Shown here piece after piece: positions 38,761-49,150 of a stretch of DNA of 64,000 nucleotides. Numbering within the stretch: the first letter of the stretch is position 1; every line of letters begins with the position of its first letter. Where the stretch lies: NCBI GenBank assembly GCA_963820025.1, contig CAWFYL010000007.1, positions 798,693 to 862,692 of the forward strand. Reading direction: 5' to 3'. Made by a program: the position numbers and the translations under genes. Under the pieces are notes generated by a model. That model saw only the letters and a program-made list of their open reading frames with translations. It had not been told where the DNA came from and did not search any database. The stretch comes from an uncultured Acidimicrobiia bacterium (GTDB lineage: Bacteria > Actinomycetota > Acidimicrobiia > IMCC26256 > JAENVU01).

Positions 38761-39015
38761 GCTGTGTCGCACGATGGTCCCCCCGTGGCGCCGGACCGCG
38801 GTCCGGCTCGCTGCTGATCGGTCGCTTGTTGCTGACGTGGTGGTTGTGGCCCGCAACCTAAGAACCGCGCCTCCGGTTGTCAACCACACCCGGACACCAC
38901 AGTGACACCGATGGAGGCGCTTCGCCGGGCACCGTACCCACCGACGAAACCAAGCTGTCAGCCCCGGGGAACGGGTCGCCTCGCGCCGCGGTTCGTCCGC
39001 GTACTCTCGGTCCTC

Positions 39016-39429
39016 ATGGCCACGGATCGGTTGCGCGTCAGTGGGTCCTGCGTGATCGCGCTCGACGAGCTGGAGTGGCGCTTCACCGGATCGGGCGGGC
39101 CCGGGGGCCAGCACGCGAACACGGCCAACACGAGGGTCGAGGTCCGCTTCGACGTCGCCGCGTCGTCGTCGCTCGGACCCCGCCAACGGGCTCGCATCCT
39201 CGAGGCGCTGGGCCCGGTCGTGCGGGTCGTGGTCTCGGACTCGCGCTCCCAGCACCGCAACCGTGAGCTCGCGCTCGAGCGCCTGGCCGGGCGGCTCGCC
39301 GCGGCCCTGCGGGTCGACAAGCCCCGGGTGCCGACCGGGGTGCGCCGCAGCGCCAAGGAGCAGCGGCTCCAGGACAAGCGCCACCGTTCGGAGCGCAAGC
39401 GCTCGCGGGCCCGACCGGTCGAGGAGTAG
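39016..39429 (+). CDS. arfB: alternative ribosome-rescue factor ArfB (peptidyl-tRNA hydrolase, GGQ)
   Basis: GPGGQHANT GGQ motif and a basic C-terminal tail (KEQRLQDKRHRSERKRSRARP). ATG 39016 within ORF 38902..39429. Confidence 0.9.
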   Translation: MATDRLRVSGSCVIALDELEWRFTGSGGPGGQHANTANTRVEVRFDVAASSSLGPRQRARILEALGPVVRVVVSDSRSQHRNRELALERLAGRLAAALRVDKPRVPTGVRRSAKEQRLQDKRHRSERKRSRARPVEE

Positions 39430-39435
39430 CCCACC

Positions 39436-40536
39436 GTGGAGACCCTGCGGGACGTCGCCCTCTGCGTCGCCGGTGTCGCCCTCGTGGCCATCGTGCTCGA
39501 TTCCGCGCTCCGCACGTTCGTGCTGCCACGGGGCGTGTTCGTGCGCTCGACCAGGTTCATCAGCATCGTCGTGCGCAGGATGTTCGACGTGCCCACGCGG
39601 CTGGCCCGGACCTACGAGGCCCGGGACCGGGCGATGGCGCTGTACGGGCCGGTCTCGATGTTCGTGCTCGTCATCGTGTGGATGGTGCTCGTCCTGGTCG
39701 GCTTCACGATGATCTTCGTCGGGGTCGAGCAGGTCGCCTGGAAGGAGGCGTTCATCCAGAGCGGCTCCTCGATGCTCACCCTCGGGTTCGAGCGCCCGTT
39801 CGGCTTCGGTGCCGCGACCATCGGCTTCGCCGAGGCGGCGATCGGCCTCGGCCTCCTCGCGCTGCTGATCGCCTACCTGCCGACGATCTACGCCGCGTTC
39901 TCGCGCCGGGAGGTGCTCGTCGCGCACATGGCGGCACGCGCCGGGACCCCTCCGAGCGCGGTGGACCTCCTGCGGCGGGCCCATCTCATCGGCCGCCTCG
40001 ACGATCTCGACGACGTCTGGGTGGAGTGGCAGCTGTGGTTCGCCGAGGTCCAGGAGACCCACACGTCGCTCGGGTTCGTCAACTTCTTCCGGTCGCCCGA
40101 GCCCCAGCGCTCGTGGATCACCGCCGCCGGTGCGGTGCTCGACGCCGCGGCGCTGGTCAACTCGACGATCGACCAGCCGAGCCAGCCGATGGCGAGCCTC
40201 TGCGTCCGGTCCGGGTTCACCGCGCTGCGGGCGATCGCGCGCTTCTTCCGGATCCCGCACCCCGACGACCCCGCGCCCGACGACCCGATCAGCATCAGCC
40301 GGGACGAGTGGGAGGACGCGTGCCGCGAGCTGGAGCTGGTCGGCGTGCCGATCAAGGCGGACCGGGACCAGGCGTGGCGGGACTTCGCGGGGTGGCGGGT
40401 GAACTACGACGTCCCGCTCATCACCCTCGCGGGCCTCCTCGTCGCTCCCTACGCGCCGTGGTCATCGGACCGGTCGATCCCGTTCAAGGTGCGGATCATC
40501 CGGCGGGAGGACCGCCCGGGTCGCCGCGAGGACTGA
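39436..40536 (+). CDS. membrane protein with degenerate two-TM pore-like region plus ~200-aa soluble domain; function unknown
   Basis: GTG start 7 nt after the arfB stop. TM helices flank SSMLTLGFERPFG, reminiscent of but not matching a K+ channel TxGYG filter. Confidence 0.7.
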   Translation: METLRDVALCVAGVALVAIVLDSALRTFVLPRGVFVRSTRFISIVVRRMFDVPTRLARTYEARDRAMALYGPVSMFVLVIVWMVLVLVGFTMIFVGVEQVAWKEAFIQSGSSMLTLGFERPFGFGAATIGFAEAAIGLGLLALLIAYLPTIYAAFSRREVLVAHMAARAGTPPSAVDLLRRAHLIGRLDDLDDVWVEWQLWFAEVQETHTSLGFVNFFRSPEPQRSWITAAGAVLDAAALVNSTIDQPSQPMASLCVRSGFTALRAIARFFRIPHPDDPAPDDPISISRDEWEDACRELELVGVPIKADRDQAWRDFAGWRVNYDVPLITLAGLLVAPYAPWSSDRSIPFKVRIIRREDRPGRRED

Positions 40537-40543
40537 GCGCCGC

Positions 40544-41828
40544 TCAGCGGTCCGGGCCGGGGACCGGCGCGAGCTCGGGCGCGAGCCCGGCCGACTCGGG
40601 TTCCGGGGTGCTCCCGGGGCGATGGCAGTCCACGATCCAGGCCAGGAAGCGCTCGACGGCGCGCACCGCGTTGGCCGTGCGGGTCGAGTGGAACACGTCG
40701 AACGCGTGCGAGGCGCCCGGCACCTCGGCGTAGAGCACGGGCTCGTCGGACACCGCTCGCAGCCGCTCGACGAACTGGCGGGCCTGGCTGACCGGCGCCA
40801 GGTTGTCGTTGGTCCCGTGGATGACGAAGAACGGCGGGGCGTCGGACCGGACGTGGCTCACCGGTGACGCGTCCGCGAACACCGCCGCGTCCTCGTCCGG
40901 GGTCGTCTTCATGACCCACCGACCGATGAGTCGTGCCGCGCGGTCCTTGGCCCGGTCGCCGGCGAAGATCGAGTCGAAGTCGTAGACGCCGTAGAAGGGG
41001 ATGCACGCGTCGACCGAGGTGTCCGCGTCCTCGAACCCGGGCTGGAGCCGTGGCTCGTTCGCAGTGAGCGCGACCATGGCCGCGAGGTGACCGCCCGCCG
41101 ACCCACCGGAGACGCAGATCAGATCCGGGTCGCCGCCGTACTCGGCGATGTGCTCGCGCACCCAGGCGAGCGCCCGCTTGCAGTCGACGAGGTGCTCGGG
41201 CCAGGTGGCCTTCGGGCTGAGCCGGTAGTTGGTCGCCACGCAGACCCAGCCCTCGCGCGGCGAGCTGCAACATCAGGGGGAGGCCCTGCTGGCTCTTGTC
41301 GCCGATGATCCAGGCGCCGCCGTGGATCTGGAGCAGCACCGGCGCGGGCGCGGCGTCGGGCCCGCGGTCCCGGCGCCGGTACACGTCGAGCTGGTTGCGC
41401 TTCCCGTGGGGCCCGTACTCGAGGTTCTTGACCCGCTCGACGCGACGGTCGCGCAGCAGGAAGGGGAACACGGCCTGGGTCCACTTCGCGGTGCTGGGGT
41501 CCGCGGGGCCGAGCCCCAGCCCGTCGGTCAGCACACTGTCGAACACGCCTCCCGACCGGCGCGAGATCGCGGCGATCACGACGAGGCCGACCCACGAGGC
41601 AACGCTGATCGCCAACCCGAGCCACCCGGGCCACCGGTCGAGCGCACCGAGGGCGACGAACAGCGCGGTCGCGACGGCCTGCCACACGATGTTCCAGACC
41701 GCGAGCTCGCCGGTCAACCAGGCGGCGAAGAAGCTCGTCCCGATGAACTGCCAGCGCGACGACGGGCGGAACGCGTTCACCGTGAACCAGGCGCCGACGA
41801 TGCTCACGGCGAGGAAGATCCAGGGCAC
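40544..41828 (-). pseudogene. membrane-anchored alpha/beta hydrolase (esterase/lipase, HSL-like); single frameshift near 41240-41250
   Basis: N-terminal 4 TM helices plus VLLQIHGGAWIIGD are in ORF 40449..42029. NYRLSP...VSGGSAGGHLAA (GxSxG)...HGTNDNL is in ORF 40544..41239. Length is 3n+1. Confidence 0.8.
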
Positions 41829-41871
41829 GGACCCATTCTGCCAGGGCCGCGCCGGGGGTACGATCCGAAGC

Positions 41872-43281
41872 GTGGAGCGATTGACGGGACTCGATGCCGC
41901 CTTCCTGTCCCTCGAGACGCCCAGCAACCACATGCACCTCATCCTGGTTGCGGTCCTCGACCCGTCCGAGGTCCCCGGCGGGTTCAGCGCCGCCACGATG
42001 AAGCAGCTCATCGAGCAGCGGATCGACACGCTGCCGCCGTTCCGGCGCCGGGTCGTCCGGGTGCCCTTCGGCCTGCACCACCCGCTCTGGATCGAGGACC
42101 CGGGCTTCGATCTCGACTTCCATGTCCGCCAGGTCGCGGTGCCCGCGCCGGGCGGCGAGCGCGAGCTGGCGGCGTTCGTCGGGGAGGTCGCCGGGTGGCC
42201 GCTCGACCGGGACCGCCCGCTCTGGCAGATGTGGGTCGTCGAGGGGCTCGAGCACGGTCACGTCGCGCTGGTCGCGAAGGTGCACCACGCGGCGATCGAC
42301 GGCGCGTCCGGTGTCGAGGTGCTCGCCTCGCTCGTGGATCTCGAGCCGACGCCGCTGCCGGCGGGCGTGAGCGACGAGGCCTGGCAGGCCGACCGGGTGC
42401 CGAGCGACGTCGAGATGATCGGCGCGTCGATGGTCTCCATCGCGCGCCAGCCGCTCCGCATGGCGAGGGCGACGGTGCACCTCGGTAAGTCGCTCGCCCG
42501 CCTCGTCACGCGGATGCGGAACGAGGACGTCCATGCGGGGGTGCCGTTCACCGCGCCTCGCCTCAGCTGGAACGTGATGATCACGCCCCACCGTCAGGTC
42601 GCGTTCGCGGGCATGTCGCTCGACGACGTGAAGCTGGTGAAGGACGCATACGGGGCCACGGTGAACGACGTCGTGCTCGCGGTGCTGTCCGGCGCCTTCC
42701 GGCGCTACTTCGTGGCGCGCGCCGAGCTCCCGGACCGGCCGCTGGTCGCGGTGATCCCGACGTCCGTGCGGAGCATGGACGACAAGCAGCTGGGCAACCG
42801 GGTGTCGGCGATGTTCACGCAGCTCTCGACCGACCTCGACGACCCGCTGGAGCGGCTGGCCGCGGTGCAGGACACGATGACCGGGGCGAAGCACGTCCAC
42901 GAGGACATCGGCGGGAACACCCTCGAGGAGTGGGCCGAGCTCGCGGCGCCCGCGATGCTGTCGCGCGGCGCGCGTCTCTACAGCCAGCTGCGGCTCGCCG
43001 ACCGCCACCCACCGATCCACAATCTCGTCGTGTCCAACGTGCCGGGCCCGCAGTTCCCGCTCTACATGGCCGGGGCGCGCCTCGTCGACATGTACCCGAT
43101 GGGACCGGTGTTCGACGGCGCCGGGTTGAACGTGACGGCCATGAGCTACCGCGATCGCGTCGACATCGGTTTCATGGCGTGTCTGGAGGCGGTCCCCGAC
43201 CTCTGGGCGCTCGCGGCCGAGGTGCCCGAGGCGCTCGCCGAGCTGGTCAAGGTCGCGCGCGACGCCGCGCCCGCGAGCTGA
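41872..43281 (+). CDS. wax ester synthase/diacylglycerol acyltransferase (WS/DGAT)
   Basis: HHAAIDG catalytic motif; GTG 41872 within ORF 41296..43281; 469 aa. Confidence 0.9.
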   Translation: MERLTGLDAAFLSLETPSNHMHLILVAVLDPSEVPGGFSAATMKQLIEQRIDTLPPFRRRVVRVPFGLHHPLWIEDPGFDLDFHVRQVAVPAPGGERELAAFVGEVAGWPLDRDRPLWQMWVVEGLEHGHVALVAKVHHAAIDGASGVEVLASLVDLEPTPLPAGVSDEAWQADRVPSDVEMIGASMVSIARQPLRMARATVHLGKSLARLVTRMRNEDVHAGVPFTAPRLSWNVMITPHRQVAFAGMSLDDVKLVKDAYGATVNDVVLAVLSGAFRRYFVARAELPDRPLVAVIPTSVRSMDDKQLGNRVSAMFTQLSTDLDDPLERLAAVQDTMTGAKHVHEDIGGNTLEEWAELAAPAMLSRGARLYSQLRLADRHPPIHNLVVSNVPGPQFPLYMAGARLVDMYPMGPVFDGAGLNVTAMSYRDRVDIGFMACLEAVPDLWALAAEVPEALAELVKVARDAAPAS

Positions 43282-43293
43282 GCCGCGGCGCTT

Positions 43294-44082
43294 CTACGAG
43301 TCGAAGAGCCAGGTCTCGGCGGTGCGCGACCGGTCGCCCCGCCGGATGAACCACTCCTGGCCGAACGCCTCACGGAACGCGTCCAGGGGGAGCTGCAGGA
43401 AGAACGACTCCTCGGGGATCTGGCTCGCGTGCGCCTGCATCGCGGCGCGCTTCGGACCCACGTAGTCCCGCACGTCGACCGTCGTCGTGATCGCCGAGGC
43501 CGGGACACCGATGTCGAAGTCCTCGGGGTCGGGCGCGCCTTCGATCGCGCCCATCTCGTCCCGCCGGCGGCGCATCAGCTCGATGAGGTGGTCCCGGTTC
43601 ACCGTGGCCTCGTAGACGCGCGGCGTTCCCGCGATCTCGCCGGCCCGGGCGCCGACGCGGTGGACCTGGATGTGGTCGGGGTGGCCGTAGTTGCCGTTCT
43701 CGTCGTAGATGGTGAGGACCTCGGCATTCTCGTCCTCGAGGATCGCGGCCAGGCGTGCCGCGGCCTCGTCGATCCGGGCGGCGGCGAACGCACCCGGCGC
43801 GGAGTTCGTGGGCTCTCCGGCCATGCCCGAATCCCGGTAGCCGAGGAATTCGATGCGCTCGACTCCGAGGGCCTCGCCGGCGCGCTCGAGCTCGATCGCG
43901 CGGCGGGTGGCCAGCTCCTCGCCCTCGTCCAGCACGCCCGGCGCGACCTCGCCCAGCTCACCCCCGGTCGCGACCACCAGCACCACGCGGTGCCCCTCCG
44001 CCGCGGCCCGGGCCATCGCGCCGCCGGTCGCGATGGCCTCGTCGTCGGGGTGCGCGTGGAAGACGACCAGGGTGCCGGGCAC
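43294..44082 (-). CDS. PIG-L family deacetylase (MshB/Mca-like)
   Basis: VVFHAHPDDEAIATGG (AHPDDE zinc motif) and HPDH. Confidence 0.85.
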   Translation of the reverse strand: MPGTLVVFHAHPDDEAIATGGAMARAAAEGHRVVLVVATGGELGEVAPGVLDEGEELATRRAIELERAGEALGVERIEFLGYRDSGMAGEPTNSAPGAFAAARIDEAAARLAAILEDENAEVLTIYDENGNYGHPDHIQVHRVGARAGEIAGTPRVYEATVNRDHLIELMRRRRDEMGAIEGAPDPEDFDIGVPASAITTTVDVRDYVGPKRAAMQAHASQIPEESFFLQLPLDAFREAFGQEWFIRRGDRSRTAETWLFDS

Positions 44083-44237
44083 GCCCCATGTCTACTCCGC
44101 CGGGCATGGGAAAGCCGCGGGCCACGGCCCGCGGTCGCGGGATCCGGAAAGCAAGACATGATTCGCGTGCCTGGTGGGTATCGCAACCTGACGTTAGAGT
44201 CAGGTCGCATCGTCTGGTTCGATTCGGGGGGTACTTG

Positions 44238-45536
44238 ATGCGGGCTCGGGTTCGAGTGATCGCGGCGTTGGCGGTGCTGGTGCTGGTCGCCGCCGCGTGT
44301 AGCAACGCATCCGACGACAAGTCGAGTGGGACCTCGACGACGACCGCGTCGTCGTCCTCGGGCGGGGGGACCACGGTCGACCAGCCCGGGGTCACGAAGG
44401 ACACGATCCGGGTCGGGGGCGTCGCCTCGGTGACCAACCCGCTCAACGGCCCGTACGCGTCTGCGTTCGAGGGAGTGAAGGCCTACTTCGACATGGTCAA
44501 CAGCAGCGGCGGGATCTACGGGCGCAAGCTCGAGGAGGTCTCCGAGCGCGACGACCAGATCTCCAACAACCAGGAGCAGGTACAGGCCCTGCTCGACCAG
44601 GACAACGTCTTCGCAGTCGCGCCGATCGCCACGATCTTCTCCTTCAGCGGCGCGAAGACCCTCGTCGACCAGAACATCCCGACGTTCGGCTGGAACATCA
44701 ACGACGAGTACACCGGCCACCCGAACATGTTCGGGAGCAACTCCGGCGCACTGTGCAACGGCTGCGTAGGCACCTACGCGCCGCTCCTGGCCAAGGAGCT
44801 CCACAAGAAGAAGATCGGCGTGCTCGCCTACAACGTCTCCAACTCGGCGCAGTGCGTCGACGGCTACAGCAAGTCCTTCGACCGGTACCCGACGGCGAAG
44901 GTCGTGTTCCTCACGAAGAGCCTCTCCTTCGGCGCCACCGACTTCAGCGTCGAGGTCGGCCAGATGAAGGACAAAGGCGTCGACATGGTGATGACCTGCA
45001 TGGACACCAACGCGGTGCTGAACCTGGCCAAGGAGATGCGCAAGCAGGACCTGAAGGCCATCCAGTACCTCCCGAACGGCTACGACGCGAAGCTCGTCGC
45101 GGCGAACAAGGAGTTCTTCGACGGCGACTACGTCGGGGTCTCGTTCACGCCGTTCGAGTTCAAGCCGCAGCCGCCGGGCATGGTCGAGTTCAACAAGTGG
45201 ATGAACAAGGCCGGCTATACGAAGAACGAGACCGCCATGCAGGGATGGATCTCAGCGTTCCAGCTGGTCGCCGGGCTCAAGGCGGCCGGCCCGGACTTCA
45301 CCCGGCAGAAGGTCATCGACGCGCTGAACAAGATGACGAACCTGACCGCCGACGGGCTCATCCCGCCGCGCGACTGGACCAGGGAGCACAACATCACGCA
45401 CAACGTTCCGCTGGGCTGCACCGCGTGGGTGAAGATCGAGAACGGCAAGTTCGTGCCGGTCTTCAACCAGCCGGGCAAGCCGTTCCAGTGCATCCCGGAC
45501 CAGCCGGCGAAGCTCCCGACGCCGACCTACAAGTAG
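44238..45536 (+). CDS. branched-chain amino-acid type ABC transporter substrate-binding lipoprotein
   Basis: ATG 44238 within ORF 43755..45536. Lipobox LVAAACSN. Periplasmic_binding_6-like body, first gene of the liv-type operon. Confidence 0.85.
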   Translation: MRARVRVIAALAVLVLVAAACSNASDDKSSGTSTTTASSSSGGGTTVDQPGVTKDTIRVGGVASVTNPLNGPYASAFEGVKAYFDMVNSSGGIYGRKLEEVSERDDQISNNQEQVQALLDQDNVFAVAPIATIFSFSGAKTLVDQNIPTFGWNINDEYTGHPNMFGSNSGALCNGCVGTYAPLLAKELHKKKIGVLAYNVSNSAQCVDGYSKSFDRYPTAKVVFLTKSLSFGATDFSVEVGQMKDKGVDMVMTCMDTNAVLNLAKEMRKQDLKAIQYLPNGYDAKLVAANKEFFDGDYVGVSFTPFEFKPQPPGMVEFNKWMNKAGYTKNETAMQGWISAFQLVAGLKAAGPDFTRQKVIDALNKMTNLTADGLIPPRDWTREHNITHNVPLGCTAWVKIENGKFVPVFNQPGKPFQCIPDQPAKLPTPTYK

Positions 45537-45576
45537 CCGACCCGCCCCCGATCGCGAACGCGTCCAGGTAGCCGCC

Positions 45577-47583
45577 GTGCAGGATCTGATCCGGTACGTG
45601 ATCCTCGGGATCCCCGTGGGCTGCGTGTTCGGGCTCGTCGCGGTGAGCCTCGTGCTCACGTACAAGACGTCGGGGGTGTTCAACCTCGCGTTCGCGGCCC
45701 AGGCGTACCTGGCCGCGGCGGTCTACTACGACGTGCACGTCCGCCACGCCTGGCCGATCATCCCGGCGTTCGTGTTCGTCGTGCTGGTCGTGTCGCCGTT
45801 GTTCGGGTTCCTGCTCGACCGGCTCGTGTTCCGCTGGCTCCGCGGCGCGTCCCCGATCGGGAAGCTCGTGTCCGCGCTCGGCCTGCTCGTCGCGGTTCCG
45901 CAGGTCGTCAACGTGTGGCTCGGCCCGAACCAGCTGTTCGGGATCAAGGGCATCTGGTGGAACGACAACGCGCTCTACCACCTCGGCGACTACACGCTCG
46001 ACGGGCGGCAGATGGCGATCATGGTCAGCGTCGCGGTCGTGGTGCTGCTGCTCGTCGCCCTGTTCCGCTGGACCGCGATCGGTCTCCAGATGCGGGCGGT
46101 CGTCGAGAGCCCGCGGCTCACCGAGCTCGCGGGGGTGAACGCGGATCGCGCCAGCTCCGCCGCGTGGATGATCTCGAGCGCGATGGCGGGCCTGGCCGGT
46201 GTGCTGCTCGCTCCGTTCTCGGCCTCGCTCAACGTCGGGGACTTCACCACGCTGTTGATCTCCGCCATCGCGGCAGCCGCGTTCGCGCGCCTGGTCAACA
46301 TCCCGTTGGCCCTGCTCGGCGGGATCCTGCTCGGGATCACCCAGGCGCTGCTCGCCGGGTACCTCCCGCCCGCGAGCCTGCTCGCGCAGGGTCTCAAGCC
46401 GTCGCTGCCGTTCGCGGTCCTGTTCCTGCTGCTGCTGTTCTGGCCCGGGCTGCGCAACCGGCGGGAGACGACCGACCCGCTCTCCGGCGCGGACCCACCG
46501 CCGCCGTCGCTCGCGTCGGCGATCCGCAGCCGGACGTTCACAAACTCCACGCACATCCTGGGCGCGGTGTTCGTGCTGTTCATGGTCTACGTCGCGCTCG
46601 AGCGGGCCGACGCCTACTGGCTGTCGCTGCTGACGTTGACGCTCGTGTACTCGGTGATCTTCCTTTCGATCACGGTCATCACCGGTATGGGCGGCCAGAT
46701 CTCGCTGTGCCAGGCGACGTTCGCCGCCATCGGCGCCTTCTCGACCGCACAGTTCGTCTCCGCGCTCGGCGCGAACGTAATTCTCGGAATGATCATCGGC
46801 GCGGTCATCGCCGCCGCGGTCGGCGCGCTGCTCGCGATCCCGGTGCTGCGGCTCGCGGGGATCTATCTGTCACTCGCGACACTCGCGTTCGCGCTCATGT
46901 TCGAGAACGTGCTCGTCCCCATCGGCTGGGTCGGCGGCGGCGTCACGCCGGTGCGGGTGCCGCGCCCGCTCATCGGCCCGTTCGACCTCTCGAACAACAA
47001 GACGTTCTTCATCTTCTGCATGATCGTGCTGGTGATCGTCAGCGTGCTGGTGATCTTCGTGCGCCGGGGTACGACCGGCCACTACCTCGATGCGCTGCGC
47101 GGCAGCGAGACCGCCGCGCAGTCCATCGGCATCAACCCGTCCAAGGCCAAGATCGTCGCGTTCGCGGTGTCCGCCGGCATCGCCGGCCTCGGGGGTGGAC
47201 TGCTCGCGATGCAGAAGGGGATCGCGCAGCCCGCCGACTACAACTACTTCCTCGGCTTCGTCTACGTCGTCATCGTGGTCTCGACCGCGGCCCGCACGGT
47301 GGAGGGCGCGATCAACGCGGGAATCGCGTTCGTGATTCTCCCGGTCATCCTCTCGGACTGGTTCGGCGTCTCGCAGACGTGGGCGTTCGTGCTGTTCGGC
47401 TTGGGTGCGATCCAGTACGCGCGCCACCCGGAGGGCACGCTGGAGAACGGGAAGCGGAACTCGCTGGCGTTCTTCCAGCGCCAGTTCGACCGACTCTCGT
47501 CGCGCCGGTCCAAGTCCTCGGGGGGCGCCTCGGGCGACGGCACCCCCACGAGCGCTCCCGTCCCCGCGGGGGCGGAATCATGA
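45577..47583 (+). CDS. fused LivH-LivM type branched-chain amino-acid ABC permease
   Basis: 668 aa containing two BPD_transp_2 halves. Confidence 0.85.
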   Translation: MQDLIRYVILGIPVGCVFGLVAVSLVLTYKTSGVFNLAFAAQAYLAAAVYYDVHVRHAWPIIPAFVFVVLVVSPLFGFLLDRLVFRWLRGASPIGKLVSALGLLVAVPQVVNVWLGPNQLFGIKGIWWNDNALYHLGDYTLDGRQMAIMVSVAVVVLLLVALFRWTAIGLQMRAVVESPRLTELAGVNADRASSAAWMISSAMAGLAGVLLAPFSASLNVGDFTTLLISAIAAAAFARLVNIPLALLGGILLGITQALLAGYLPPASLLAQGLKPSLPFAVLFLLLLFWPGLRNRRETTDPLSGADPPPPSLASAIRSRTFTNSTHILGAVFVLFMVYVALERADAYWLSLLTLTLVYSVIFLSITVITGMGGQISLCQATFAAIGAFSTAQFVSALGANVILGMIIGAVIAAAVGALLAIPVLRLAGIYLSLATLAFALMFENVLVPIGWVGGGVTPVRVPRPLIGPFDLSNNKTFFIFCMIVLVIVSVLVIFVRRGTTGHYLDALRGSETAAQSIGINPSKAKIVAFAVSAGIAGLGGGLLAMQKGIAQPADYNYFLGFVYVVIVVSTAARTVEGAINAGIAFVILPVILSDWFGVSQTWAFVLFGLGAIQYARHPEGTLENGKRNSLAFFQRQFDRLSSRRSKSSGGASGDGTPTSAPVPAGAES

Positions 47584-47599
47584 GCCGAGAGCGGGACCG

Positions 47600-48358
47600 A
47601 TGAGCTTGCTCGAGGCGACCGGCATCACGAAGCGGTTCTCGGGCATCACCGCGCTCGACGAGGTGTCGATCATCGTCGAGGACGGCGAGTCGGTCGGGCT
47701 CATCGGCCCCAACGGTGCGGGCAAGACGACGTTCTTCAACTGCCTGCTCGGCCTGCTGCGGGCCGAGCAGGGCAAGGTCGAGTTCGCGGGCCGGGACATC
47801 ACCCGGCTGCCCGTGTACCGCCGGGCCCGGCTCGGGTTCGCCCGGACGTTCCAGCGCATCGAGCTGTTCACCGGGATGACCGTGCGCGATCACCTCCTGG
47901 TCGCGGAGCGGGCCCGCCTGGGCACCGGCCGGTTCTGGAAGGACGTGCTGAACCTGTCGAAGCCCACGTCCGACGAGAACGAGCGCACCGACCGGACGCT
48001 CGCGCTGCTCGGACTCGAGGACGTGTCGGAGAGCCCGGTGGAGGCGCTGAGCCTGGGCCGGGCCCGGCTCGTCGAGGTCGGCCGCGCGCTGATGACCGAG
48101 GCCAAGCTGCTCCTGCTCGACGAGCCGTCCTCGGGCCTCGACGGCCACGAGACCGCGGCGCTCGCCGACAGCCTCCGCGCGGTGCAGGCCGAGCGGGGGA
48201 CCGCGGTGCTGCTCGTGGAGCACGACGTGGAGTTCGTGCGGAGCTTCTCGACCCGGCTCTCGGTGCTCGACTTCGGTCACCTGATCGCAGCCGGTCCCAC
48301 GGCCGACGTCCTCGCCGATGACAACGTGCGGCACGCGTACCTCGGGGAGATGGTGTGA
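47600..48358 (+). CDS. livG: branched-chain amino-acid ABC transporter ATP-binding protein (LivG-like)
   Basis: GPNGAGKTTFFN, LSLGRARLVEVGRAL and LLLLDEPSSGL. Confidence 0.9.
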   Translation: MSLLEATGITKRFSGITALDEVSIIVEDGESVGLIGPNGAGKTTFFNCLLGLLRAEQGKVEFAGRDITRLPVYRRARLGFARTFQRIELFTGMTVRDHLLVAERARLGTGRFWKDVLNLSKPTSDENERTDRTLALLGLEDVSESPVEALSLGRARLVEVGRALMTEAKLLLLDEPSSGLDGHETAALADSLRAVQAERGTAVLLVEHDVEFVRSFSTRLSVLDFGHLIAAGPTADVLADDNVRHAYLGEMV

Positions 48359-49116
48359 CCTCCACTCCGACCCCCGCTCCCACCCCGGCACCGGGATCCA
48401 CCGCGGCGCCGCTGCTCGAGCTGCGTGACGTCAGCGCAGGGTACGGACCGTTCCGGGCGATCTTCGACGTCTCGCTCGAGATCCCCGAGGGCAAGGTGCT
48501 CGCCCTGCTCGGGTCCAACGGCGCGGGCAAGACGACGATCGCACGCGTCGCGTCCGGGCTCGTGCGCCCGACCAAGGGTGAGGTGCTCTTCGAGGGCGTG
48601 CGTCTGGACAAGCTCCGGGCCTATCGCATCGCGCGCCTCGGGATCATCCACGCACCCGAGGGCCGGTCCGTGTTCGCGTCGCTGACCGTCGAGGAGAACC
48701 TGGCCCTGACGTTCCGGCGCGAGTTCGGCCGCCGGGGTGCGTCGGACGCGCTCACTCGCGCCTACGAGCTGTTCCCCCGGCTCGGCGAGCGGCGGCGCCA
48801 GATCGCGGGCACCCTCTCGGGCGGTGAGCAACGCATGCTCTCGCTCGCGCGCGTGCTGGTCCATCCGCCCCGCCTGCTGATCGCGGACGAGCTGTCGCTC
48901 GGTCTCGCGCCGATCATCATCGACGAGGTGTACAAGAACCTCTCCGCTGTGCGCGACGCCGGGACGACGCTCCTGCTCGTCGAGCAGTACGTCGGCCACG
49001 CGCTGCAGATCGCGGACGAGGTCGCGGTGCTCACCAAGGGGACGGTCGCGTTCCGCGGCCCGACCGACGACCTCGGCGACCTCTCGGAGTGGTTGCTGCC
49101 CGCCACGCCGGGCTGA
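48355..49116 (+). CDS. livF: branched-chain amino-acid ABC transporter ATP-binding protein (LivF-like)
   Basis: GSNGAGKTT, LSGGEQRMLSLARVL. GTG overlaps the livG stop. Confidence 0.9.
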   Translation: MTSTPTPAPTPAPGSTAAPLLELRDVSAGYGPFRAIFDVSLEIPEGKVLALLGSNGAGKTTIARVASGLVRPTKGEVLFEGVRLDKLRAYRIARLGIIHAPEGRSVFASLTVEENLALTFRREFGRRGASDALTRAYELFPRLGERRRQIAGTLSGGEQRMLSLARVLVHPPRLLIADELSLGLAPIIIDEVYKNLSAVRDAGTTLLLVEQYVGHALQIADEVAVLTKGTVAFRGPTDDLGDLSEWLLPATPG

Positions 49117-49150
49117 GCGCCTCTCGGACGGGAGCCGGAGCCGGCCCGGG

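Noticed and set aside
44170-44237. tRNA-like look of the livJ leader (GGTTCGATTC resembling a T-loop; CCTGAC-gttaga-GTCAGG resembling an anticodon arm)
   Set aside because: The loop is 6 nt with no U33-type position, there is no acceptor or D stem, and the T-loop motif is imperfect. I call no tRNA anywhere in the window.
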